Assembly: GCA_035492455.1 (NCBI GenBank)
Contig: DATJJE010000005.1
Location: forward strand, 16,961 to 80,960
DNA from: Vicinamibacterales bacterium
GTDB lineage: Bacteria > Acidobacteriota > Vicinamibacteria > Vicinamibacterales > UBA2999
DNA: 64,000 nt
Reading direction: 5' to 3'
Part shown: positions 42,237-49,347 of the stretch, piece by piece
Numbering within the stretch: the stretch's first letter is position 1
Layout of the letters: the number at the start of each line of letters is the position of its first letter
Program-made: the position numbers and the translations under genes
The notes under the pieces: model-generated
Told to the model about the DNA's origin: nothing
The model's database searches: none
Seen by the model: the letters and a program-made list of their open reading frames with translations, nothing else

Positions 42237-43244
42237 TCAGCGCCAGCCAAGTTGAATCACGTCAAAGTCCGACGCGCTCAGGCTTGCGAAGGCGGGGTTC
42301 AGCTCCGAGTTATTCCACCGAGCGTCCATCGATCCCGTGACGTACATATCGCTGCCGTTGTCTGCGACGATGAGGCCGTAGGTCTGCATCGCGCGGAAGA
42401 TGTTCTGGATGTACGTGGGATACCGTGAAAGATCCTTTGACGACTTGAGGCGAAGCCTCGCGCCCATCGGCAGCGCACCTGCGGTGTTCCCGGCGCGGTG
42501 CGACGCCGGCCAGACGTAGCCGTTCGTGCTGTGCACCGTGAGACGGAACGCGTGCCGGACAGGACCGCGCGCCGCCTCGTCGTAACGAACGAGGCCCGGA
42601 AGAATCGCCAGGCCCGCGGCATCCGCCGACGTCCAACCCTCAGGGCGCCGCGTGTTCGATGACAGGTCGAAAATCGCGCCCGATCCCGCTTCCCACCGGT
42701 TGAGCGATGCGTTCCATCGCGCCGCGAACAGCTCGAAGAGCAGCCACCGATCGCGGTCAACGACCAGCAGATGGCGATCGCCATTCGATCCCCCTCCGGG
42801 GACGCCGCCTTCGATGTAATTGGGCTGCGATCTGGCGGCGTCGGGAACCGGATAACCGTTCTCGCCGCGATAACCCTGGTCGCTTTCCGACCCGTAATCC
42901 ACAAACGTAACCGACACGCGCGGCTGACTGCCGCCGACGCCGACATATGGAATGCCGTACGGCGGCGGACCGAAATCGGGATGCGCCGTGCGCGTACGTC
43001 CAATGAAATTTATGTAAGCGTCGGACTGCGCGTCCAACGGCGCGGTCGCGATGTTCTGGTTCCACCAGTTGTCGGGCGGGAACAGCTGGCGGCCGCCGAA
43101 GTCGTCCGTAAGCACTACGCCTACTCCGGGATCCGAGGTCCGGGGGCCCGGATCCGTGGGGTTGGTCGGGTTCGACGGTGCGGTCGGATGCGAGCCGCAC
43201 GCGGTGCACAGAGCGGCTACGAAAATCGCGCGGAACAGGCGCAT
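42237..43244 (-). CDS. Lipoprotein, unknown function
   Basis: The start is set at MRLFRAIFVAALCTACG (43244, lipobox). The upstream 129 codons of the track ORF are antisense to the ECF sigma gene and were rejected. Confidence 0.6.
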   Translation of the reverse strand: MRLFRAIFVAALCTACGSHPTAPSNPTNPTDPGPRTSDPGVGVVLTDDFGGRQLFPPDNWWNQNIATAPLDAQSDAYINFIGRTRTAHPDFGPPPYGIPYVGVGGSQPRVSVTFVDYGSESDQGYRGENGYPVPDAARSQPNYIEGGVPGGGSNGDRHLLVVDRDRWLLFELFAARWNASLNRWEAGSGAIFDLSSNTRRPEGWTSADAAGLAILPGLVRYDEAARGPVRHAFRLTVHSTNGYVWPASHRAGNTAGALPMGARLRLKSSKDLSRYPTYIQNIFRAMQTYGLIVADNGSDMYVTGSMDARWNNSELNPAFASLSASDFDVIQLGWR

Positions 43245-43307
43245 ACGGACCGGTTCGGGCAATAAGCACGCCACCTCGGCTGGAAGGCCAAGCGTAACCT
43301 TTTCGGA

Positions 43308-43919
43308 GTGCCGCAGTTTTCTAGAGACGACGGAACTGTGACCGACGAGACACTCATGCACGCGGTACGCAACGGAGACGTCGGCAAGCTCGGAATCCTC
43401 TTCGAGCGGTACCACCGCACGCTGTTCGACTTTCTCGTGCGCGTGACCGGCAACGCCACTGCGGCGGAGGACCTGGTGCAGGACGTGTTCGTGCGGGTGC
43501 TCAAGTACCGCACGACGTGGCGCGACGAGGGCCGCTTCGACACCTGGCTGTTCCGCATCGCGCGCAACGCGCGCGTGGATTATTTCAGAAACCGCAGCAC
43601 CGACGCGCCGATTGACGCGGCAGCGGAGCATCCCTCAACAGCGCCTCTGGCCAGCGAGACCCTCGCTCGTAATCGAGAGGTCGCCCGGCTGCAGCGCGCG
43701 CTGATGCTCCTGCGCGACGACAAGCGGGAGCTGATCGTGCTTGCCCGTTACCGCGGCATGAAGCTGGATGCGATTGCGGATCTTCTCGGCGTCGAAGTCG
43801 GCACCGTAAAAGTGCGGATGCACCGCGCGGTCAAGGAGCTCCGCGATATCTTTCTTCGATTGGACGAAAGCGAATCATGGAACACGACAGACTCGGTCGG
43901 CTCTTACCCGACGGCGTAG
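43308..43919 (+). CDS. ECF (sigma-70 group IV) sigma factor
   Basis: Region 2 (AEDLVQDVFVRVLKY...FDTWLFRIARN) and region 4 (RELIVLARYRGMKLDAIADLLGVEVGTVKVRMHRA). The start is uncertain; an alternative GTG lies at 43338. Confidence 0.88.
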   Translation: MPQFSRDDGTVTDETLMHAVRNGDVGKLGILFERYHRTLFDFLVRVTGNATAAEDLVQDVFVRVLKYRTTWRDEGRFDTWLFRIARNARVDYFRNRSTDAPIDAAAEHPSTAPLASETLARNREVARLQRALMLLRDDKRELIVLARYRGMKLDAIADLLGVEVGTVKVRMHRAVKELRDIFLRLDESESWNTTDSVGSYPTA

Positions 43920-44638
43920 ATCCACGCGAGGCCGACGAGCTCGATGCGACGTGGCAGATGCTCGGCGCCATCGAATCGCCCGCACCCAATTCGGAACGGA
44001 TGCGCGCGCGCATCGACGCAGTGATTGATGCGCTCGAACACACACCCCCCTCCGCTAAAGCTACGGCGGGCAAGCGCCAGACCAGTCGACATTACGTGCT
44101 GCAGGGCCTTGCCGCCGCGGCGATGCTCGTGATCGGCATCGGCATCGGCTGGTTTGCGCGTTCCGACGGGTCCGCCTTCGGCGGCACCCGGCCTACGTCA
44201 AACGACGCGACGACGCAGATTGCCGCGATGCGGACCGAGATGCACGACCTGCGGGAGATGGTGTCGTTGTCGCTCATGCAACAGCAATCGGCGACCGAAC
44301 GGCTGAAAGGGGTCACGTGGACCGGGCAGCTCGATCAGCCGAGCGGCGAGGTCGTCACCGCGCTGCTGGATGCGCTGATACACGACCCGAACGTCAACGT
44401 TCGGCTGGCGACGATCGACGCACTCGAGCGCTTCGCCTCGCGTCCGGACGTCCGCCGCGGCACGATTCAGGCCGTGCAGCAGCAGCCGTCGGCGCTGGTG
44501 CAGATCGCACTCATCGATTTCATGGTCAAGACCAACGAGCGCGAGTCGGTGCCGACGCTGCAGCGACTCGCCATGGATCCGCAGGTCAACGAGGCCGTGC
44601 GTGCACGCGCCGCCTGGGGCCTGCAGCAACTGGGGTAG
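43877..44638 (+). CDS. Putative anti-sigma factor, single TM, periplasmic HEAT-repeat domain
   Basis: It overlaps the sigma gene 3' end. One TM segment (VLQGLAAAAMLVIGIGIGWF) and HEAT-like repeats (HDPNVNVRLATIDALERF, PQVNEAVRARAAWGL). Confidence 0.65.
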   Translation: MEHDRLGRLLPDGVDPREADELDATWQMLGAIESPAPNSERMRARIDAVIDALEHTPPSAKATAGKRQTSRHYVLQGLAAAAMLVIGIGIGWFARSDGSAFGGTRPTSNDATTQIAAMRTEMHDLREMVSLSLMQQQSATERLKGVTWTGQLDQPSGEVVTALLDALIHDPNVNVRLATIDALERFASRPDVRRGTIQAVQQQPSALVQIALIDFMVKTNERESVPTLQRLAMDPQVNEAVRARAAWGLQQLG

Positions 44639-44640
44639 AC

Positions 44641-45540
44641 ATGCGACACGTCATTCTCGGCACGCTCCTCCTTACGGCGTTGGCCGCGCCGCTCGCGGCA
44701 CAGCAGCCCGACGCCCAGGCGCAGCGCATCACGATTCCGCTGAGCGATCCGGGCCGTCCCGGATCGCTGCAGGTCGACATCGTCATGGGCAGCATCACGG
44801 TGAAGGGCAGCAATCGAAAGGACATGCTCATCGAAGCGCGCGGCAGTTCGGTCGTCGGCCTCCCGCGCAACCGGCGCGCGCAGGACGAACCGCCGCCGCC
44901 CGGTCTTCGCCGCCTGACACAAAACGCGCCGTTCACCGTGGAAGAGGACAGAAACGAAGTGAGCATCGAGGTCGAGGCTCCGACCCGTTCGATCGACTTC
45001 ACTATCGAGGTTCCGCTGCGCACGAACCTTGACGTTGAAACCGTCATGGGCTCGGTGACCGTAGAGGGGATCGAAGGCGAGCTGGAAATCGAAAGCGTCA
45101 ACGGCGCGGTGACGTTGACGAACGTGGGCGGCTCCGTCGTTGCCCACACGGTGAACGGCAAGCTGCTGGCGACAATCGCGCGCGCGACGCCGCAGCAGCC
45201 GATGGCGTTCACCTCGCTGAACGGCTCTGTCGACGTAACGCTGCCGGCAAACGTGAAGGCGAATCTGAAGCTGAGGAGCGATCAGGGAGACGTGTATACG
45301 GATTTCGACCTGCAGCAGGTTCGGCAGGACGCGGCGAATCCAAATCCGAACCAGAACCCGAACCCGAATGTCGACATTGACCGCAACAGACTCCGGCGCG
45401 ACATCGACCGCCAACGTGCGGACCTGCAACGGCGGCGTGTCGAGATCGACAACGCGATCTATGGCTCGATTAACGGTGGTGGACCCGATTTCGAGATGCG
45501 GACGTTCAATGGAAACGTATACGTCAGGAAGGGAAAGTAG
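44641..45540 (+). CDS. DUF4097-like secreted protein
   Basis: ATG at 44641 with a signal peptide (MRHVILGTLLLTALAAPLAAQ). It has repeated ...GSITVKG / GSVTVEG / NGAVTLTN strands and an NPNPNQNPNPN low-complexity stretch. Confidence 0.7.
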   Translation: MRHVILGTLLLTALAAPLAAQQPDAQAQRITIPLSDPGRPGSLQVDIVMGSITVKGSNRKDMLIEARGSSVVGLPRNRRAQDEPPPPGLRRLTQNAPFTVEEDRNEVSIEVEAPTRSIDFTIEVPLRTNLDVETVMGSVTVEGIEGELEIESVNGAVTLTNVGGSVVAHTVNGKLLATIARATPQQPMAFTSLNGSVDVTLPANVKANLKLRSDQGDVYTDFDLQQVRQDAANPNPNQNPNPNVDIDRNRLRRDIDRQRADLQRRRVEIDNAIYGSINGGGPDFEMRTFNGNVYVRKGK

Positions 45541-45559
45541 ACAGGGCCTCCCGCTGCGC

Positions 45560-45910
45560 GTGATAGTGCACGAGCCGTCGCGGGAGCTGCTGAAAGGCAC
45601 TACGCGCGTGCGCCTGCAGGAGCAGCCATTTCAGATTCTGCAGCTCCTGCTCGCGCGCGCCGGCGAAGTCGTTACACGCGAGGAGCTGCGGGACCGCCTC
45701 TGGCCGCAGGGAACGTTCGTCGATTACGAGCACAGCCTCAACGCGGCAGTGAAGCGATTGCGCGCGGTGCTTGGCGACGATGCGAAGTCGCCGCGCTACA
45801 TCGAAACGCTGCCGCGCCTCGGCTACCGGTGGATCGGATCGACACGCCCGTCGATGCAGAATCAGTTCGCCGATCGCGTCGACGATCGGATTCAGATCGT
45901 CTGGAATTAA
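45560..45910 (+). CDS. Stand-alone OmpR/PhoB-type winged-helix DNA-binding domain protein (possibly a truncated regulator)
   Basis: LQEQPFQILQLLLARAGEVVTREELRDRLWP...SLNAAVKRLRAVLGDD...YIETLPRLGYRW. The start is uncertain (GTG at 45560 or 45566). Confidence 0.6.
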   Translation: MIVHEPSRELLKGTTRVRLQEQPFQILQLLLARAGEVVTREELRDRLWPQGTFVDYEHSLNAAVKRLRAVLGDDAKSPRYIETLPRLGYRWIGSTRPSMQNQFADRVDDRIQIVWN

Positions 45911-45922
45911 GATAGGGCTACT

Positions 45923-46483
45923 ATGAAGAGAGCGATCGTCGCGGCGTCGCTGATCCTCGTTGCTGTCGTGGCCACTCGCGCACAGTCATCGTCGCCCGCG
46001 CCGGTCATGCCGAAGTACAACGCGCAACGTGCGCTGATCCTGCCCGCCGATTACCGGCAGTGGATCCTGGCCGGCAGTTCGCTCGGTCTGAGCTACGCCG
46101 AAGGCGCGCCGGCACATCCGACGTTTCACGAAACGCTTATCGAGCCGACTGCATATCAGCACTTCGTGCGGACCGGTCAGTTCCGCGATGGAACGATGCT
46201 GGCGCTCATCGTCCACGATCCTCAGGAGGCAGCGGCGCCCAGTAAACACGGTCAGTACGCGGCTGCCGTTCAGGCGGTCGAAATGGCGGTCAAGGACAGC
46301 GGTCGTCTTCCTGAAGGATGGGGGTACTACGGGTTCGGACAGTCGCCGCAACCAGGCGCCGCGACGGCGATGCCGAATCCAAAGGCCAGCTGCTACAGCT
46401 GCCATGTGGCAAACGCAGCACGCGACAACGTGTTCCTGCAGTTCTACTCGCTGCTGTCGGCTGCCGCTCCGCGCACGAACTAA
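45923..46483 (+). CDS. Cytochrome P460-family protein
   Basis: Signal peptide, GWGYYGF, and a C-terminal haem motif CYSCH followed by DNVFLQFY. Confidence 0.75.
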   Translation: MKRAIVAASLILVAVVATRAQSSSPAPVMPKYNAQRALILPADYRQWILAGSSLGLSYAEGAPAHPTFHETLIEPTAYQHFVRTGQFRDGTMLALIVHDPQEAAAPSKHGQYAAAVQAVEMAVKDSGRLPEGWGYYGFGQSPQPGAATAMPNPKASCYSCHVANAARDNVFLQFYSLLSAAAPRTN

Positions 46484-47241
46484 CGAACGAAGCGAGGGAT
46501 ATTCTCGCGCGTCACACGTACGTGTCCGTCCTCGAGATGACCCACCATCACGAAGTCGAAAAGATCGCGCTGCAGCGCGAGCAAAATGTCCTCCCTCGGC
46601 CGGTAATCGTGCTCACCGCGCAGGCTGGCGGCGATCTCCGGATCGTGCATGCACTCCCAGATTGCGTGTACATGATCGTACGTCTCGCTACCGCCGGCGC
46701 CTACCAGGGTCTCTGCGCCGGCGCTTAGCATCAACAACGATTCGATGTAATCGCCGCATCGCTCGTCTTCGACGGATGGACGAACACCTTCAAATCCCAT
46801 CGCCACAATCGTCACGTCGGTCTCACTGTTCGCGCGCCTGCGGATGTAGGCCGCCGTCGCTGCTGCCGTCATGTAGCTGCCGAGCACGACGACCTCCGCG
46901 GTCGCGGCTGCCGCCAGGACACCTTGCGTGCCGGCTGACGATCGCGCCGCCACGCAGCGCCCGCGGAAGAACGATTCGCCCCTGGCGACGATTTCCGCCG
47001 GTGAGTTCCCGATGTCGAAGCCGTCAACCTTGCGGCCTCTTACTTCCCCCGCGATGACATAGTGGGGGTCCCGTTCCCGAAAGCGGAGCGCTTCGGGGGG
47101 CGTTCTCACCAGCGCCAGATCGCGGATGCCGAAGTGGAACATCAGTGCGCTGCAGCTGAACGCGCGCAGCACATCGATGACAACGACGATGCCGCGGGCA
47201 TCGGCAGCGCCGTCGAGAAGGCTGCGGCGTTGGACGCGCAC
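46480..47241 (-). CDS. 2-phosphosulfolactate phosphatase (ComB)-family protein
   Basis: VVVIDVLRAFS...DIGNSP... pattern typical of the ComB family. Confidence 0.7.
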   Translation of the reverse strand: MRVQRRSLLDGAADARGIVVVIDVLRAFSCSALMFHFGIRDLALVRTPPEALRFRERDPHYVIAGEVRGRKVDGFDIGNSPAEIVARGESFFRGRCVAARSSAGTQGVLAAAATAEVVVLGSYMTAAATAAYIRRRANSETDVTIVAMGFEGVRPSVEDERCGDYIESLLMLSAGAETLVGAGGSETYDHVHAIWECMHDPEIAASLRGEHDYRPREDILLALQRDLFDFVMVGHLEDGHVRVTRENIPRFVR

Positions 47242-47314
47242 TGGACCATTCTATGGCCGAGCTTGACGGGATACTCAGCTTGAGGGATACAGAAGTGGCG
47301 GCGCTGCCGCATCA

Positions 47315-47854
47315 ATGACGCGTCCCGCCGAAGTAGTCCTCCTCGTCGACGACATCCGCGACCACGCTGTCAACTACGAAGCCGCGCTCACGCGCCACGG
47401 GTTCAATGTGCGCGTGGCGACGACCGGCGAAGAAGCGCTGCGCGTCGCGCGGGAGGCGCTTCCCGATTGCGCAGTGATCGATCTGCGTCTGCCCGACATG
47501 TCTGGGTGGGATCTCTGTCGCGAGATTCGCAAACCACACAGCGGCGATCCGCCGCCGATCATCGTGCTGACGCCTGAAGTCTCGAGGATGTGCGCGGAGG
47601 ACAGCGCGAAGTCGGGATGCAACGCCTGGCTCGCGCATCCCACCATTGCCGATGATCTCGCGCGAACGGTCCGCCAGGTGCTCGATCTCGGAGCCGACGC
47701 GCCAGCGTCAGCTGACGAAGCGCTCGTCGGCTTCAAGCGGTGTCCGGTCTGCGAAGCGGAGACCGTTCGCGCGACGCTCCGTGTCGGCGCCATCCAGTAT
47801 TACTGCTGCAGAACGTGCAGCTTCTGCTGGCGCGCCGAAGCGTTCAAGGCTTAG
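47315..47854 (+). CDS. Response regulator receiver with C-terminal 4-Cys zinc-ribbon-like segment
   Basis: VLLVDDIRD...AVIDLRLPDMSGWDL...IIVLT, then CPVCEAE...(18 aa)...CCRTCSFCW. Confidence 0.8.
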   Translation: MTRPAEVVLLVDDIRDHAVNYEAALTRHGFNVRVATTGEEALRVAREALPDCAVIDLRLPDMSGWDLCREIRKPHSGDPPPIIVLTPEVSRMCAEDSAKSGCNAWLAHPTIADDLARTVRQVLDLGADAPASADEALVGFKRCPVCEAETVRATLRVGAIQYYCCRTCSFCWRAEAFKA

Positions 47855-48114
47855 GGCCGCAGCGCGCGCCTCCTCACCATCATCCGATACAGGATCAGCA
47901 GGACCACTGCGCCGAGAAACGACATCAGGAATCCCGCGCCTGTCTGGCCGGGGCCGTACATGCCGGCCGCGCGGCCGATGAATCCACCAAGCAGCGAACC
48001 GGCGATACCGAGCAGCATCGTCACGATGATGCCGCCGGGATCACGACCCGGCATCACGAGCTTGGCCAGGGCTCCGACGATCAAACCAAAAACAATCCAT
48101 CCGATCACGGTCAT
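47851..48114 (-). CDS. GlsB/YeaQ/YmgE-family small membrane stress protein
   Basis: 87 aa: GWIVFGLIVGALAKLVMPGRDPGGIIVTMLLGIAGSLLGGFIG. Confidence 0.85.
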   Translation of the reverse strand: MTVIGWIVFGLIVGALAKLVMPGRDPGGIIVTMLLGIAGSLLGGFIGRAAGMYGPGQTGAGFLMSFLGAVVLLILYRMMVRRRALRP

Positions 48115-48284
48115 GCGTATCCCTCCTGCGAAACATAGGGCCCAGGCGTGACGGGCGGCGGCGGATCGATGCGCGGCACGACCGCCGGCTCGTCAAGAGG
48201 CGTATCCGGAATCTCGTCGTCGCGATCGTGGTCGCGCGGCTGCGGGTCGGGGGGAGTATCGATGTGCTCCGACTGGCTCGACAT
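48111..48284 (-). CDS. Possible 57-aa Pro/Asp-rich leader ORF coupled to the GlsB-family gene
   Basis: My own translation: MSSQSEHIDTPPDPQPRDHDRDDEIPDTPLDEPAVVPRIDPPPPVTPGPYVSQEGYA. Its TGA overlaps the downstream ATG as ATGA. It is below the ORF-track length cutoff and GC3-rich. Confidence 0.3.
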   Translation of the reverse strand: MSSQSEHIDTPPDPQPRDHDRDDEIPDTPLDEPAVVPRIDPPPPVTPGPYVSQEGYA

Positions 48285-48345
48285 GAGAAGTGTTCATGCG
48301 AGTTCGCTGCCGGGTGGTAATCTGATCAGCCTGAGGAGGGTGAAG

Positions 48346-48732
48346 GTGAACAAAGTTGTCGTCCTCGGGCTCGCGCTGCTCACCGCGACGGCCGCATACG
48401 CGCATCACTCCTTCGCAAGAGATTACGCGGAAGACAAACAGATCTCGCTCGAAGGCGATGTCGTCAGCTTCGAGTACAGGAATCCCCATGCGTGGGTGTA
48501 TTTCACGGCCGGTGATGACCGCGGCGTGCTGAGGCGGTTTGGCGCCGAGTGGGCAAACCCGCGGCGTCTCGAGCAGCAGGGAATCGCCGCCGGCGATCTA
48601 CGGCCCGGCGATCACGTGGTCATCACCGGTGCGCCGAGCCGAAGCGCGACCAATTACTCGGTGCACTTGAAGAGCATCCGCCGCGCATCGGATGGATGGT
48701 CGTGGCCGGGCGGGCGCGCACGCACCCGCTGA
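48346..48732 (+). CDS. Small secreted protein with AHHSF N-terminal motif (DUF6152-like, from memory)
   Basis: The GTG at 48346 lies 6 nt after GAGGAGG. VNKVVVLGLALLTATAAYAHHSFARDY...NPHAWVYF. Confidence 0.55.
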   Translation: MNKVVVLGLALLTATAAYAHHSFARDYAEDKQISLEGDVVSFEYRNPHAWVYFTAGDDRGVLRRFGAEWANPRRLEQQGIAAGDLRPGDHVVITGAPSRSATNYSVHLKSIRRASDGWSWPGGRARTR

Positions 48733-48781
48733 GCGTTACCGCGTCCGTGAAATGTTTTTCCAGTTCAGAGCAGGAGCCGTT

Positions 48782-49291
48782 TCATTCAGCTGTTCGGCTT
48801 AGCTCGAGCCATACCTGACGGGCGGCGTCAATTGCGGCGCGGCTTTCGAAGCCCGAGCCGGGCGGCACGCCGTGCGACGCGAATCCGATGCGCCTGTACT
48901 CCTCGCCGAGCGACGCGGTGTCAACCACTGATGGGGCCTCGGCAACCTCTACAGCATGGCGCAGCTCGTGACCGAGTGCCGCGATTTGTTCGTCACCCGT
49001 CAACGCGCATGAGACGAGAACGTGCACGTAGCGGCGCCCGCCGCCGGCGCCCATGAATGCCAGCCTGCCGAAGAGGCGGCGCGACATCCCGCAGCGAGAC
49101 TGGATATAGACAATCACATCCGAAGCATCGAGCCGTGCCACGAGCTGGCGGAACAACGAGGAGCGCGCCAGCCCCGCGTTGATCTCCGGCTGCAGCCGCG
49201 CGTCCAACGTCCGCACGTGGCTGCCGTCGCCCGGCAGCTGACCGGCGGCGAGCGAAGACACCAGAACCAATACGCCGAGTGCGAAATCCAT
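48782..49291 (-). CDS. Small secreted protein with HExxH motif (putative metallopeptidase-like)
   Basis: Signal peptide MDFALGVLVLVSSLAAG. The only recognisable motif is ALGHELRHAVE. Confidence 0.5.
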   Translation of the reverse strand: MDFALGVLVLVSSLAAGQLPGDGSHVRTLDARLQPEINAGLARSSLFRQLVARLDASDVIVYIQSRCGMSRRLFGRLAFMGAGGGRRYVHVLVSCALTGDEQIAALGHELRHAVEVAEAPSVVDTASLGEEYRRIGFASHGVPPGSGFESRAAIDAARQVWLELSRTAE

Positions 49292-49347
49292 GATGGAACG
49301 ATCCTGTGGGTGCGAGACGACACGAACGCGACGCGGCCGCGAATTTT

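Noticed and set aside
42195-42240. AGGTTCAGT tandem 9-mer (two perfect copies plus degenerate ones) between convergent genes.
   Set aside because: It is very short and overlaps the stop codon of the + gene. It has no inverted partner and is likely a chance duplication.
45337-45369. AATCCA/AACCCG repeat encoding NPNPNQNPNPN in the DUF4097-like protein.
   Set aside because: It is an in-frame dipeptide low-complexity tract within a secreted protein. It is not related to the heptamer elements.
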